Source: Candidatus Bathyarchaeota archaeon (GTDB lineage Archaea; Thermoproteota; Bathyarchaeia; Bathyarchaeales; Bathyarchaeaceae). Taken from it: DNA of 35,065 nt. Below are positions 16,013-25,101 of the stretch, piece after piece (the first letter of the stretch is position 1; the number at the start of each line of letters is the position of its first letter). Position numbers and translations under genes: made by a program. Below the pieces are notes generated by a model. It made no database searches. It saw nothing but the letters and a program-made list of their open reading frames with translations, and was not told the DNA's origin. The DNA lies in contig JACUTO010000001.1 in NCBI GenBank assembly GCA_014859755.1, positions 1-35,065 on the forward strand. The letters run 5' to 3'.

Positions 16013-17446
16013 ATGGTTATAGAAAGAAAAGAGATGCAGGAAATCGTAAAAACCTATCAGGAACCAATAGGTCTCAACTTGGGCTCCCATTCTGCCCTAG
16101 ACGCTTGGCAAGGTCAAAGAGACCACGGCGCAAGAAGCATAATCTACGTAACGCCGCAAAGGGCTAGAATTTACCTCCAAAACCCCATGGTCGGCAGAGC
16201 CGACGAAGAAGTAGAAGATTTACCCAAGTTGGTTAAAAGAGATCTGAAGATTGTAAACGACCCGAAGGACATAGAAAAGAAAGGCAGATGGAAGAGCATC
16301 ATCCTAATTTTGGACAGTTACTCTGACATCGTTAAACATGTGGACGATCTAGTTGATTTGGAATGTTTACAGATTCCAAACAGAGCCTTCGCCGTTTACG
16401 TTGGCGGAGACGAAAACTGCAGCGTCATCGAAAACGAATTTGGGGTTCCAATTCTTGGTTCAAGAAAACTGCTAAAAATCGAGAACAGAGGAGAAATCGA
16501 AAAGGATTACTACTGGTTTGCTGAACAGGCTGGCATTCCTTGTCCAAGTTCCTACAAATATGAAGTTCATAAAAGGGGTATAAGATTCAAGGAACCCATA
16601 GACGAACCGATTCTCTTGAAAGCCGAACACGCTCATAGAGAATTCGAAAGAGAATTTATCTTTGCAGCAGATTCCAAGGACCTAGAAGAAAAAGTGGAAA
16701 GAGAAATGGAAGCGGGAAACCTAGATAGAGCATCTCTGGAAAATGCGAGGGCTGAACAAATCGTTCTAGGACCCCACGCAAACTTCAACTTCTTCTTCTC
16801 ACCCCTAGACGCAAAACAAGAATGGGGGGACACAGAAGAATGGTATGCCAAAATATACAATGTTGGCGTAAAAGACGCGAGAATCTGCTTAGCAAACCAA
16901 TTTCTGTCCATAGACGAAAGAAGAGAAACAATACTAGACGGCGTAAAACGACTGCCAATAGACGTTCAAGAAAAAATCAGAAAAGTTCCCTCCTTCGAAG
17001 TCACCGCTCACGTGCTCATGAGCCTAAGAGAATCCCTGCTCAAGGACGTACACAGATACGCCGACAAATTCTTGTTTGCAACCAGAAAACATGAACCGCC
17101 AGGCATCCTTGGCGCTTGGTGCCTCCAGACGCTTATCACATGGGACAGAATATCAAAATATGAACTGCAACCAAAAGTTAAGATTGGTTTCACCGGCGGC
17201 GCCGAACCAAAAACCGCGGTTGACTATGGTTTATACGATGTTCCAGAGGGGAAAGAAGCTTACATGCACATCCCGGTCACGCAGGATGTCGCTTTGAGGC
17301 ATGGAGGCGGAACCAACGTGCACATGGGAATAGGCTCTCAATACGCAAATGCGAAGTATCGGAAAAGGATGAGTATGGGCGACAGAATAGCCTTGGAGAT
17401 AAGGAGGGCGCTGAAACAAAAACAACTTCACGAAATAGTTACTTGA
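16013..17446 (+). CDS. purP: PurP-family protein (formate-dependent FAICAR synthetase family), unusually long and divergent
   Basis: The ORF is open from the GTG at 15995. The ATG at 16013 lies 6 nt after AGAGGG. It has PurP-like GSHSALDAW near the N-terminus, and HGGGTNVHMG plus MSMGDRIALEIRRAL near the C-terminus. It is about 477 aa, against roughly 360 aa for characterised PurP. Confidence 0.7.
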   Translation: MVIERKEMQEIVKTYQEPIGLNLGSHSALDAWQGQRDHGARSIIYVTPQRARIYLQNPMVGRADEEVEDLPKLVKRDLKIVNDPKDIEKKGRWKSIILILDSYSDIVKHVDDLVDLECLQIPNRAFAVYVGGDENCSVIENEFGVPILGSRKLLKIENRGEIEKDYYWFAEQAGIPCPSSYKYEVHKRGIRFKEPIDEPILLKAEHAHREFEREFIFAADSKDLEEKVEREMEAGNLDRASLENARAEQIVLGPHANFNFFFSPLDAKQEWGDTEEWYAKIYNVGVKDARICLANQFLSIDERRETILDGVKRLPIDVQEKIRKVPSFEVTAHVLMSLRESLLKDVHRYADKFLFATRKHEPPGILGAWCLQTLITWDRISKYELQPKVKIGFTGGAEPKTAVDYGLYDVPEGKEAYMHIPVTQDVALRHGGGTNVHMGIGSQYANAKYRKRMSMGDRIALEIRRALKQKQLHEIVT

Positions 17447-17489
17447 TCAGGTTTTTCTACTTGAAATACCATAACCTACTAGAAGACTG

Positions 17490-17984
17490 TTGGAGAGGAA
17501 AGGCTTGTTGAAAGCTCTGATTATCTATGATTCAAAAACGGGAAACACAGAGAAAATGGCTTTCATGATCGCTGAAGGAGTCAGGGAAGCAGACGGCGTT
17601 GAATGTGTTGTCAAAAGGGTTGAAGACGCCACGCTGGAAGACCTGATACAAGCACACGGCATAATCGTGGGATCTCCAACCTATTACGGATGCATGAGCG
17701 GAAAGCTAAAGGAATTTTTCGACAAATCTGTAAAGATTCATGGCAAACTGGATGGAAAGATCGGAGCCGCCTTCACTTCTTCTGGTGGAACAGCTAGCGG
17801 AGCCGAAACCACAGTCATATCTATTCTCAAGGCTATGTTAATTCACGGAATGATCATTCAAGGAGACCCCAGCGGCAAGCATTATGGAATGGCGGCTGTC
17901 GAAGCTCCGGGAGAAAAAGACGAAAAATTATGCAGAAGATTTGGACGCAGGACAGCGGAACTTATGAAAAGAATTCACCAATGA
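17490..17984 (+). CDS. Flavodoxin-like FMN protein
   Basis: 164 aa. The start is uncertain: TTG at 17490, 17505 or 17508. Motifs are ALIIYDSKTGNTEKMA and GSPTYYG. It is co-directional with purP and purM, with gaps under 45 nt. Confidence 0.75.
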   Translation: MERKGLLKALIIYDSKTGNTEKMAFMIAEGVREADGVECVVKRVEDATLEDLIQAHGIIVGSPTYYGCMSGKLKEFFDKSVKIHGKLDGKIGAAFTSSGGTASGAETTVISILKAMLIHGMIIQGDPSGKHYGMAAVEAPGEKDEKLCRRFGRRTAELMKRIHQ

Positions 17985-17997
17985 ACTGGGGAACCTT

Positions 17998-19074
17998 ATG
18001 CCAGAAGAGTTCACATACGCTGAGGCTGGCGTGGACAGAGAAGTGCGGACGAAATCTAAAGCAGCTTTGCTAGCTTTGAAAGAGACCTATAAGCTCAGCA
18101 AGTATGGAGAAGTGGTTCAACTCCCCTACGGCAACATCTTTCCAGTCGGCGACCGATACCTAGATTTCGTTATCGAAGGAATCGGAACGAAAGTTCTTTT
18201 GGCGCAACTGGCAGACAAATACGACACCATTGGAATAGACGGAGTTGCCATGGCTGTCAACGACGTGATAAGGTCTGGTGCCACACCCTTAGCCGTCGTA
18301 GACAACATCCACGCTCAAGTTTCTAATCCCTATCTGATCAAGGAGTGGATGAAAGGCATAGTGAAAGCCGTTACCGAAGCGGGATGTTTGGTGCCCGGCG
18401 GGGAAATAGGAGACGTAGCAGATGTTATAAAGGGAATAGCTGCGGGCAAGGGCTTTGACATGATTTTCGCCTGCATAGGTGAAGTGTTTGAGAAGGACAT
18501 AGTCTTTGGAAACAACATTAAGCCCGGAGACCTTGTGATTGGTTTAAAGAGTTCAGGCATCCATAGCAATGGAATATCCTTGGCGAGAAAAGTTCTCTTC
18601 AAAGAATGGGGTGGCAAATACGACCCCCACGACATTCCAGATGGTTTCAGCAGAGAAATTGTTTACGAGGTCTTAGAGCCAACGAGAATATACGTCAAAC
18701 CGATTTTGAACGCCGCTAAGGAGGTCGAGATAAAGGGAGCAGTCCACATCACAGGAGACGCCTATCTAAAGTTTGATAGGCTGATGAAGTTTTCTAAGGG
18801 AATAGGGTTCGAGTTCAACAATTTCAAACCTCAGCCAATTTTTGAGCTGATTCAGAAAACCGCCCCTGAGGTCAGAGGTGTCATCAAAGATGAAGAAATG
18901 CTGAAAACCTTCAACATGGGATGGGGCTTTGCGGTTGTTGTGAACGAAACTGATGGAGAGAGCGTAACTGAGAGTTTCCAAAAAACCGGGGTTAATGCTG
19001 AGCGAATTGGAAAGGTAACTGATTCCAGAAAAATTATTGCTTTGTATAAAGGTAAAAAAATAGAGTTAAGCTGA
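17998..19074 (+). CDS. purM: AIR synthetase
   Basis: 358 aa. Motifs are YAEAGVD, GIGTK, DGVAMAVNDV and NMGWGF. Confidence 0.9.
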   Translation: MPEEFTYAEAGVDREVRTKSKAALLALKETYKLSKYGEVVQLPYGNIFPVGDRYLDFVIEGIGTKVLLAQLADKYDTIGIDGVAMAVNDVIRSGATPLAVVDNIHAQVSNPYLIKEWMKGIVKAVTEAGCLVPGGEIGDVADVIKGIAAGKGFDMIFACIGEVFEKDIVFGNNIKPGDLVIGLKSSGIHSNGISLARKVLFKEWGGKYDPHDIPDGFSREIVYEVLEPTRIYVKPILNAAKEVEIKGAVHITGDAYLKFDRLMKFSKGIGFEFNNFKPQPIFELIQKTAPEVRGVIKDEEMLKTFNMGWGFAVVVNETDGESVTESFQKTGVNAERIGKVTDSRKIIALYKGKKIELS

Positions 19075-19167
19075 TGTGTTTAAACTTTTGTTTAAATTTT
19101 TATTTCAATAAACCTTAAATTTTACTGGTTCAATACAATAACATGACAGGTCCTCTGAGGAAGTGAG

Positions 19168-21549
19168 ATGAGTTCGCGTCTTTACGTCAAGAGAAAAGTG
19201 CCCTTTGAATTCACCGAGATAAACGTGTTAGAAGCAGATGACAAGCAACTACTTCAAATCAGCGACGAACTTGGAATTGGTCTGAATCTTAGGGAAATGA
19301 AGAGCATTCAAAGGCACTTTTCAGAAATGGGAAGAAATCCAACCGATGTTGAGCTTCAAAGCATCGGGCAGACATGGTCTGAGCATTGTTTTCACAAAAC
19401 CTTCAAAGGAGAAGTAGTCACACCTGAAGGAAAGCCAGTAGTAACTAACGTGTTCAAAGAGTATATAAGCAAAGTAACGAGAGAGCTGGATTTGCCTTGG
19501 TGCCTCTCTGTATTTGAAGACAACGCTGGCATCATCAATTTTGACAAGGGCTATGGAATTGCTGTTAAGGTTGAGACCCATAATCATCCTTCGGCAATAG
19601 ATCCCTTCGGAGGCGCTTCCACCGGCTTGGGCGGTGTTATTCGCGATATACTCGGGGTGTGGGCCGACCCCATAGCTTGCACAGATGTCCTATGCTTCGG
19701 CCCCTTAGATTACGATCATAACAAGCTTCCTTCCGGGACAAAGCATCCCAAAGAACTCTATAGTGGAGTTGTTGCCGGTGCGGGGCATTATGGAAACACT
19801 ATGGGAGTACCAACCGTGAACGGTGCAATATATTTTGATGAAAGCTACGTTGGCAATATTGCCGTTTTTTGTGGGTGTATAGGAATTCTTCCGATGAACA
19901 CGTTTATCAGAGATACAAAGCCTGGAGACGTTGGTGTTCTGGCTGGTGCAAGAACCGGAAGATTTGGAATCCATGGAGTTACCTTCGCTTCCGCAGAGTT
20001 GACCAAAGAAACCGCAAGAGCGTTAGAACTGGAAACTGAGAAGGGGAATCCAGCCGAAGAAGAAAAAATCAAGCGTGCCCTTATCAAAATAAGAGATCAA
20101 GGATTAGGTTCAGCCATAACTGATCTTGGTGGAGGAGGCATATCTTGTGCTGCAGGCGAAATGGCGTATAGATCTAACTGTGGAATACATGTTGAACTGG
20201 AAGAGGTACCTTTGAAACATTCTGGTATGGCTCCATGGGAGATTTACATTTCTGAATCGCAAGAAAGGATGTTTCTGTCTGTTCGAGAAAAGAATCTTAA
20301 AAAGGTTTTAGACATTTTCGAGGGCGAAGGTGTTGAAGCCACCCCGGTTGCCAAGTTTACAGACGACAAAACTCTTAAAGTAGATTACCGAGGACACACG
20401 GTTGCCAACATCGATTTGCAATTTCTGTTCAGCCCTCCAAGGGCTAGGAGAGTTGCAAAATGGACTCAGCGAAACTATGCTGAGCCAACCTTCGCTGAGC
20501 CAACGAATTTGACACAAGACCTTTTGAAAATACTTTCTTCACCAAACGTTGCAAGCAAAGAATCTGTGATACGAACGTTTAACTTCGAGGCTAAGGGAAA
20601 CACTGTTCTAAAACCACTTCAGGGAAAATATGGTGGACCAAACGACGCAGCGGTTGTCAAGCCTTTAACTGATTCTTGGAAAGGAATCGTGATTTCTTGT
20701 GGGATGAACCCAAACTACGGGAAGATCGATCCCTACTGGATGGCTGCTTCGGGTATGGATGAGGCTATTAGAAACAATGTTGCAGTCGGTGGCCGAAGGA
20801 TTTCGTTGCTTGATAATTTCACTTGGGGCAGCCCGGAAAAACCCGATAGAATGGGAGGACTAGTTAGAGCCTGTAAAGCTTGCTACGATTTCGCCAAGGC
20901 GTTTGGTACACCATTTATTTCTGGGAAAGACAGTCTCTACAATGAGTCAGTTTTAGGGCCGGTGACTCCAACCCTTCTATTCACGGCGATCGGAATTATA
21001 CCAGACGTAAGAAAAGCGGTCTCAGTGGATTTGAAAAGAGCGGGAGACTTGATTTACCTAGTGGGCCAAACCTATCCTGAGCTAGGAGGTTCAGAATACT
21101 ACAAACTGAAAGGCTTCGTAGGGATGGGAGTTCCAAAAGTTAGAACAACGCAAGCAAAAAGAATCATGAACTCGATTACTGAAGCGATAGACGCAGGATA
21201 CGTCAAGTCTTGTCACGATCTTTCTGAAGGAGGTTTAGCAGCGGCAGCGGCTGAAATGGCTCTGAGCAGCGACTACGGGATGGAACTAAATCTCGCAAAC
21301 GTCCCCGTATCCAAGAATATGAAAAGAAACGACTACATCCTTTTCTCAGAATCAAACAGCAGATTTTTAGTGGAAGTTCCAGAAAAACGTTCAGGGGATT
21401 TTGAAGCTCTAATGAAAAACAACGCCAAGTCCGCCATTGGTAAAGTCAAAAGGGAAAAATGTCTTTCCATCCGTGGGGTAGACGGCAAAAGAGTAGTTAA
21501 AGCTGGTCTAAATACGTTAAGAGAATTTTGGAAAAAGACTTTGAGGTAA
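19168..21549 (+). CDS. purL: FGAM synthase II, large subunit (PurL)
   Basis: 793 aa. Motifs are WSEHCFHKTF, ETHNHPSAIDPFGGA and duplicated PurM-like modules. It is preceded by a T-rich spacer and GAGGAAGTGAG. Confidence 0.9.
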   Translation: MSSRLYVKRKVPFEFTEINVLEADDKQLLQISDELGIGLNLREMKSIQRHFSEMGRNPTDVELQSIGQTWSEHCFHKTFKGEVVTPEGKPVVTNVFKEYISKVTRELDLPWCLSVFEDNAGIINFDKGYGIAVKVETHNHPSAIDPFGGASTGLGGVIRDILGVWADPIACTDVLCFGPLDYDHNKLPSGTKHPKELYSGVVAGAGHYGNTMGVPTVNGAIYFDESYVGNIAVFCGCIGILPMNTFIRDTKPGDVGVLAGARTGRFGIHGVTFASAELTKETARALELETEKGNPAEEEKIKRALIKIRDQGLGSAITDLGGGGISCAAGEMAYRSNCGIHVELEEVPLKHSGMAPWEIYISESQERMFLSVREKNLKKVLDIFEGEGVEATPVAKFTDDKTLKVDYRGHTVANIDLQFLFSPPRARRVAKWTQRNYAEPTFAEPTNLTQDLLKILSSPNVASKESVIRTFNFEAKGNTVLKPLQGKYGGPNDAAVVKPLTDSWKGIVISCGMNPNYGKIDPYWMAASGMDEAIRNNVAVGGRRISLLDNFTWGSPEKPDRMGGLVRACKACYDFAKAFGTPFISGKDSLYNESVLGPVTPTLLFTAIGIIPDVRKAVSVDLKRAGDLIYLVGQTYPELGGSEYYKLKGFVGMGVPKVRTTQAKRIMNSITEAIDAGYVKSCHDLSEGGLAAAAAEMALSSDYGMELNLANVPVSKNMKRNDYILFSESNSRFLVEVPEKRSGDFEALMKNNAKSAIGKVKREKCLSIRGVDGKRVVKAGLNTLREFWKKTLR

Positions 21550-21554
21550 TATTT

Positions 21555-22466
21555 TTAGAAGAACTCCGAGATTTTAATGTCTGGAAGTCTTGGAAGTCCT
21601 GTTCTGGCGCCCATTTTTGATATGCAACGGGCTGCAACGAAATTTCCTAGTCTTCCGCATTTGTATAGGTCTCGTCTTTTGATTAAGCCGTAGAGAAAAC
21701 CGGCGCAGAAGGCGTCACCGGCACCTGTTGTGTCCACAAGTTTTTTTTCATACGGCTCAACCAAGTGTTTCTCTTTGCCATTCGTGACGTAGCATCCTCT
21801 CTCGCCGAGCTTGACTGCAACCACGCTGACACCTTCTTTTATCAATATTTTTGAAGCCCTCTCGTAATTTTTTCCCGTAAGTAGTCTAATTTCGTTTTCA
21901 TTTGGAAGCATGACAAAACTTCTCTTGATTATCGGCTTCAGGGATGTCAAGCTCTTTCTTGCGTAAAGGGTTCCAGGATCGAAACTTATTTTGACGTCAG
22001 AAAGCTGGTTTATGAGTTGTTTTTGGGCTTCGAAGGGTTTTTCTCCGACGAATGACGTTAGGTGGAGAAATTCGGTATTGGCGACATAATCCAAATTGAT
22101 CTCTTTGAATTCTAGCCAGTCGTTGACGCCTGGGTCGACATATAAGGCTCTTTCTCCCTTTCCGTCTACGTATCCCATGACGACGCCGCTTCTGCCTTTC
22201 CTCGAAATTATTATTCCGCTGGTATCGACGTTTTCTTTTCTGAAATCCTTTAGGAGGAGTTCTCCTTCGCGGTCTTCAGCGACCTTTCCAATATAACCTG
22301 TTTTTAGTCCCAGTCTAGCCAAGCCTACGATGGTGTTTGCGGCAGAACCACCGGGAGATTCTTTGAAGCCTATGACGAAGCCTTCTTCTTCCTCTCTGGC
22401 GATCATGTTTACCTTGTACAGTTTGTCTACGTTGAGGGCACCAACGCCTATAACATCGAAGGTCAT
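21555..22466 (-). CDS. PfkB/ribokinase-family sugar or nucleoside kinase
   Basis: 303 aa. It has the N-terminal [10 protein letters not shown] and the C-terminal PfkB signature [16 protein letters not shown]. Its ATG overlaps the ftr stop (ATGA). Confidence 0.8.
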   Translation of the reverse strand: MTFDVIGVGALNVDKLYKVNMIAREEEEGFVIGFKESPGGSAANTIVGLARLGLKTGYIGKVAEDREGELLLKDFRKENVDTSGIIISRKGRSGVVMGYVDGKGERALYVDPGVNDWLEFKEINLDYVANTEFLHLTSFVGEKPFEAQKQLINQLSDVKISFDPGTLYARKSLTSLKPIIKRSFVMLPNENEIRLLTGKNYERASKILIKEGVSVVAVKLGERGCYVTNGKEKHLVEPYEKKLVDTTGAGDAFCAGFLYGLIKRRDLYKCGRLGNFVAARCISKMGARTGLPRLPDIKISEFF

Positions 22467-23368
22467 GGGAACAACTCTCGCAGGTATATCTTGTGTCTTC
22501 CAAGTTTTCCTCCGTAATTTCCCGCTGAGATTTTAACGACTCCGTTTACATCGCCAGCGCTTTGGATACCAACCTTCATCGCTTCCTTTACTGCCTCGAT
22601 GGATGTGCCGTTGATCACAATCTCGGGGATATAATTGACGCCTTCTGGAACCTTTGACTCCTTTCCCAACTTTCCCTTTAGCGTTGGACAGTAGGGGTGG
22701 TTGGTGGTGGGACCTATCCACGGAAATTTTGTTTCGGGTTTTGAGCCGGCTGAGCATATGTCGAAGGGGGTGGTGACTCCTTCAATTTGGTGTACGGCTT
22801 TCAGCGCCTTTCTACCTGCTTCCATGACTGCTCGCTTGGTTTTGCACATGTACCAAAAGTTTGCTCCCATCACTCCCTTGGCGTAACCCAACTGACGCTC
22901 TATGAGAAAGTCAGAAACCATAATTGGGACAACAATCATGTTTCGTCCGCAAAGTTCCGCCTCCCATTCAAAACCGTCTCCGCAGTGACCAACCCTCTTC
23001 ATCATATCAATTTTTCCATCTGAGTTTGGCAAAGCGTCAAAAATGGCTGTGAAAGGCTTCACGAGTATGTCCTGCCGTATGCGGTACGAAAGTTCCACCT
23101 CTAGCTTCTTAACCGACTCGTCGAGGGGCTTACCCTCCCCGATTCCTCCCCAAAACTGTAGAATCACGCCTTTGCGTCCGTCTAGGGTTTCCTTCTCGCC
23201 TAACCACCTTTCAATGCCTCCTTCGATTCTGCCGATGACTATTGATGGTGTGGCGGTGGCGTCATGAGCTGCCCTTTTCAACACTTCTTCATCGTCAGCG
23301 GTGACGATAACTCTGGAATATAAACCGTCGAAAGCTTCTGCGTAAGTGTCTTCGATTTCAGTCTTCAT
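22463..23368 (-). CDS. ftr: Formylmethanofuran:tetrahydromethanopterin N-formyltransferase
   Basis: 301 aa. The N-terminal [10 protein letters not shown] and the C-terminal [23 protein letters not shown]...[15 protein letters not shown] closely resemble my recollection of methanogen Ftr sequences. Confidence 0.8.
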   Translation of the reverse strand: MKTEIEDTYAEAFDGLYSRVIVTADDEEVLKRAAHDATATPSIVIGRIEGGIERWLGEKETLDGRKGVILQFWGGIGEGKPLDESVKKLEVELSYRIRQDILVKPFTAIFDALPNSDGKIDMMKRVGHCGDGFEWEAELCGRNMIVVPIMVSDFLIERQLGYAKGVMGANFWYMCKTKRAVMEAGRKALKAVHQIEGVTTPFDICSAGSKPETKFPWIGPTTNHPYCPTLKGKLGKESKVPEGVNYIPEIVINGTSIEAVKEAMKVGIQSAGDVNGVVKISAGNYGGKLGRHKIYLRELFP

Positions 23369-23530
23369 AGCATCACTGCTTAATAAATGAAGAGATAAGA
23401 ATATTTTATAAGTGTTTTAAGGACTGGGGTCAGCCACTTTGGCATTGGTCAGAACGCAAGAGATACCCATACCAAGTATAGAAAGTCTATTATCGACAAC
23501 ATGGCACTCAGATACTGCGGTGAATAGTTC

Positions 23531-23974
23531 ATGAACCGAAAGGCTGTCTACGTGGAAAAGGCTGCGTCACTCTTTAGGGAAGGGTACAATTGCGCCCAAA
23601 GTGTTTTGCTCACGATGCAAGACTTTTGGAACGAAAAGAAACCTTTGGAACCAAAGATTGCCTCAGCCTTTGGCGGTGGAATCGGAAGAAGAGGATCTTT
23701 GTGCGGAGCGTTAACGGGAGGAGTTATTGCAATCGGTCAAAAGTATGGAAGTAACAAACCAATTCCAGAGGAAAAGGAAAAAGCCTATTCCCTGGCACTG
23801 AAGTTTTACGATAGGTTCCAAAAAGAACTTGGTAGCGTCTCCTGTCGGGATCTTATTGGGTATGACCTGACCGACCCGAAAGAACTGAAGAAAGCATGGG
23901 ATTCGAACGTTTTCTTGCAAAAATGCGTTCACTTCGTGGAAAAGGCTGTCGACATTTTGATAGACCTTACATGA
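23531..23974 (+). CDS. C_GCAxxG_C_C family putative redox-active protein
   Basis: 147 aa. The family-defining cysteines are in order: YNCAQSV, SLCGALTGG, SCRDL and QKCVHF. Confidence 0.8.
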   Translation: MNRKAVYVEKAASLFREGYNCAQSVLLTMQDFWNEKKPLEPKIASAFGGGIGRRGSLCGALTGGVIAIGQKYGSNKPIPEEKEKAYSLALKFYDRFQKELGSVSCRDLIGYDLTDPKELKKAWDSNVFLQKCVHFVEKAVDILIDLT

Positions 23975-23991
23975 TGTGTGCGGGCGTTGAA

Positions 23992-25101
23992 CTATCCTAA
24001 CTTTCCTATAGCTTCTCCTCTAACAGTTTTTCTGAAGGCGCTGCTTTCTTTTTTCAATCTCTCCCTGTTGGCAGCAGTTATGATTTCAACTTGGGGAAAA
24101 GCCTCAGGATACAATTTAAACATACGTTCTCGCAGCGTAGAAGTGGCACAATATTTTTTCAGTCCAGAAGGATTCCATTCTCCAACCAGTCTGATTACAT
24201 GGTCCTTGCTCAACCTGCTGAAGGCTTCTGCGAGAACCGAAGTTACGATGGTGTTGCCTGAAAGAACAGCGATTTCTGCTTCTCTGATGGCGTATTCGTT
24301 TCCATTAAAAGAAACGGTTAGGCCTCCATTTTTTCTCACCAACTGAAACGGTGGAACGTCCGTGATGCTGTCGCCTACGTACATCACGTTGTCAAGGCGG
24401 CTATCCAGTTTCTCAACAATATTCTGCACCGCCTTCGCCTTCTCATATCCGCCGACCGGATTAACCTCTTCCAGCATTTTACCTGATTCCATTTTGGGGA
24501 TTTCTTCCCAGAACATCTCGTCTAACTTCTGTATGGTTTCTTGGTCTCTCTGGGAGAAATCTTGGACAGCCTTCGCTTTTTCGGGGATTTCAATCATAGA
24601 CATCGTCGATATTTCCTTTCTAATTTCTTTCAGTCTCTTTGCCTCTTCTTCGCTCATCTCATACTTGTCGATGTTTAGTTTGGTACAGTAAGCGTTGTCG
24701 TAGGGAAAACCGGTTATGTGGCACAAAGAAGAGATATACTGCTCGTAACTGGTGCTGACGATGAAGGAGCGCATGAGGTCCCTGACAAACCGTAGCGTGT
24801 CTCGTGCACCGGGAACCAATAAGACGTTTTTGGAGGAGTATTCTCTTATCTTCTCGTTGGTTGCTCCGTAAGCCTTCAAGAAAGGAAGAATCAGCCTCAG
24901 CGTGTCTCCAGCCTTGTATCCGGGTTTCTTAACAACATCCGCGAGAACATCGTCATACTTGCTTATCAAGGCAAAAAACTGGTCTCCGTTAGGAACGAAA
25001 TAGGTTGTCAGCTCAAAGGCGTTGTCGTTCTTTGAAATGGGGCCTTCACAGTCAGTAACGAATATTCTCTGGTTTTTCGTTTGCGACGCCTCTGTGGCCA
25101 T
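23992..25101 (-). CDS. HAD-superfamily hydrolase-like protein with a large cap (resembles proteins annotated EhaR)
   Basis: 369 aa. It has a motif I-like FVTDCEGPIS (D-x-E instead of D-x-D) and a motif IV-like YVGDSITD. Its ATG overlaps the purD stop (TAATG). The resemblance to EhaR is from memory only. Confidence 0.5.
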   Translation of the reverse strand: MATEASQTKNQRIFVTDCEGPISKNDNAFELTTYFVPNGDQFFALISKYDDVLADVVKKPGYKAGDTLRLILPFLKAYGATNEKIREYSSKNVLLVPGARDTLRFVRDLMRSFIVSTSYEQYISSLCHITGFPYDNAYCTKLNIDKYEMSEEEAKRLKEIRKEISTMSMIEIPEKAKAVQDFSQRDQETIQKLDEMFWEEIPKMESGKMLEEVNPVGGYEKAKAVQNIVEKLDSRLDNVMYVGDSITDVPPFQLVRKNGGLTVSFNGNEYAIREAEIAVLSGNTIVTSVLAEAFSRLSKDHVIRLVGEWNPSGLKKYCATSTLRERMFKLYPEAFPQVEIITAANRERLKKESSAFRKTVRGEAIGKLG

